Shown: one piece after another, positions 62,640 to 64,000 of the stretch
Numbering within the stretch: the stretch's first letter is position 1
How the letters are laid out: each line of letters starts with the position of its first letter
Assembly: GCF_006345805.1 (NCBI RefSeq)
Contig: NC_043000.1
Location: 21,142,001 to 21,206,000, forward strand
Length of the DNA: 64,000 bases
Direction of reading: 5' to 3'
From: Octopus sinensis
Lineage: Eukaryota
Position numbers and translations under genes: made by a program
The notes under the pieces: model-generated
Seen by the model: the letters and a program-made list of their open reading frames with translations, nothing else
What the model was told of the DNA's origin: nothing
The model's database searches: none

Positions 62640-63320
62640 TCGTATCTTTCGTCTTCTTCGCAGTAAAGAAATATCTAAAAACGTGATCCCAACGGACGAA
62701 ATAGAAAAAGCTTTGCCCCGGAGGGTGGCGAGGGAGATGCGTTAGAACAACCACTCCGATTCGCGGAGTTCCCACTTGCAGATAACCATCACCAACCTGA
62801 TAGCGGGCGAGCAGGGATGTAATTCGAGGGCCGAGAACGTCGTAGGTCTGCACTGTCACAGGCTCGACCACAAACCTATCGGACAGCGGCCGATAATTTG
62901 TTTAAAATCTCAATACGTAATATGTTCTTACTATAACATTAAACAATGTCAATTTTTTAAAGCAGTGGTTCCAAAGCTTTTTCGAGCTACCACCCCCTTG
63001 ACTCCCAGGCCACATTCCTAGCGCCCCACCCCAACTAACCATCACAAACATAGACCTCTTTCTGAAGCAAGACCATAAGGGGAAGACACAAGAGAAGCCC
63101 CAGGAAGGATAAGAGGAGGAAGAAATTGTTCCAGAAAAAGAGGAAGAATGGGGAAAATGGGAAAAAGAAAGAGAAGGAAGAGGAAGAAAACAAGTCTGGC
63201 ACACACAGAACTTCATCCAACAACTACCCAAGGCCCATCCATACCCTCTTTGTCCCACCCTCGCCTTACAGACATCCATCACAAAAACAAAAGAAGAGAT
63301 CACACACACCATGATCCACA
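62640..63320 (+). mobile_element. Decayed L1/Tx1-like ORF1 fragment
   Basis: KEISKNVIPTDEIEKALPRR and PIGQRPIICLKSQYVICSYYNIKQC resemble a GRxPxCxxCxxxGHxxxxC knuckle, followed by a low-complexity Pro/Glu/Lys tail. Confidence 0.4.
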
Positions 63321-63361
63321 AATATCCCCTCTCTATTTTGCATGTGTAATATATGATGATG

Positions 63362-63655
63362 AGGAGGCGCAATGGCCCAGTGGTTAGGGCAGCGGACTCG
63401 CGGTCGGAAGATTGCGGTTTCGATTCCCAGACCGGGCGTTGTGTGTGCTTATTGAGCGAAAACACCTAAAAGCTCCACGAGGCTCCGGCAGGGGGTGGTT
63501 GTGATCCTTGTTGTACTCTTTCGCCACAACTTTCTCTCACTCTCTCTTCCTATTTCTTGAGTAACGCTGCGATGGACTGGGGGGAACATATACGCCACAG
63601 AAACCGGGAAACCGGGCCCATGAGCCTGGTTAGGCTTGATAAGGGCGAAAGAAAG
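63362..63655 (+). mobile_element. SINE-B, tail type ii
   Basis: Homologous to 6784-7095. Confidence 0.9.
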
Positions 63656-64000
63656 AAGAAGAATATGTGATGATGACCTGTTTGAAAAGGTAATCAAATG
63701 GGAGAAGACGGTTTTTGTTTATGTAGAGGATGAGGACGAAAATAGTGAGGTGGTGATATTATTAAAGAGAACAGCAAAAGATAGAAATGGAGAGGCACAA
63801 CGGGGATTAGGAACTGTGGAAGGTTGATTTGGACAAGGGAAGGCTTCCACGGAATATAGATTTCAAAGAACTGAAAAAGTATAACATAGACATAATGGAG
63901 AGCAAGAGAAAGGAAGCAAGTGATGTTACTTGATGGGGCAGGTAACACCATTTTCATTTTTACATTTTTCATCTTTCATTGTATCATACGTTTCATTTTA

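Noticed and set aside
62902-63465. 187-aa minus-strand ORF
   Set aside because: Antisense shadow of a purine-rich decayed retroelement segment plus SINE sequence

Overview
AT-rich, repeat-saturated eukaryotic (animal) DNA with no prokaryotic genes, operons or CRISPR arrays. The (AT)n/(AC)n/(ATAC)n/(ATT)n load and the tRNA-headed SINE families point to a cephalopod, most likely Octopus (inference). Almost all listed ORFs are microsatellite read-throughs or decayed transposon fragments. Supported content: (1) a head-to-tail array of six restriction-like-endonuclease LINE (R4/Dong-type) insertions nested in (TAA)n at 9.3-15.5 kb, including one near-full-length 4 kb copy; (2) several decayed Penelope-like elements and at least six minimal hammerhead-ribozyme-like motifs, one behind a tRNA-like Pol III head; (3) two non-autonomous Helitrons, one carrying an L1/Tx1-like 5' fragment; (4) mariner, maT (DD37D) and hAT relics, plus CR1 and Tx1 fragments; (5) more than 30 SINE copies showing head/tail module swapping and tandem multimers; (6) local rearrangements, namely an inverted triplication, hairpins and a templated insertion; (7) a few candidate exons of an unidentified host gene, the best on the minus strand at 60.4-61.9 kb. 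Family names SINE-A/B/C are my own labels. All alignments and folds were done by eye, so boundaries are approximate.
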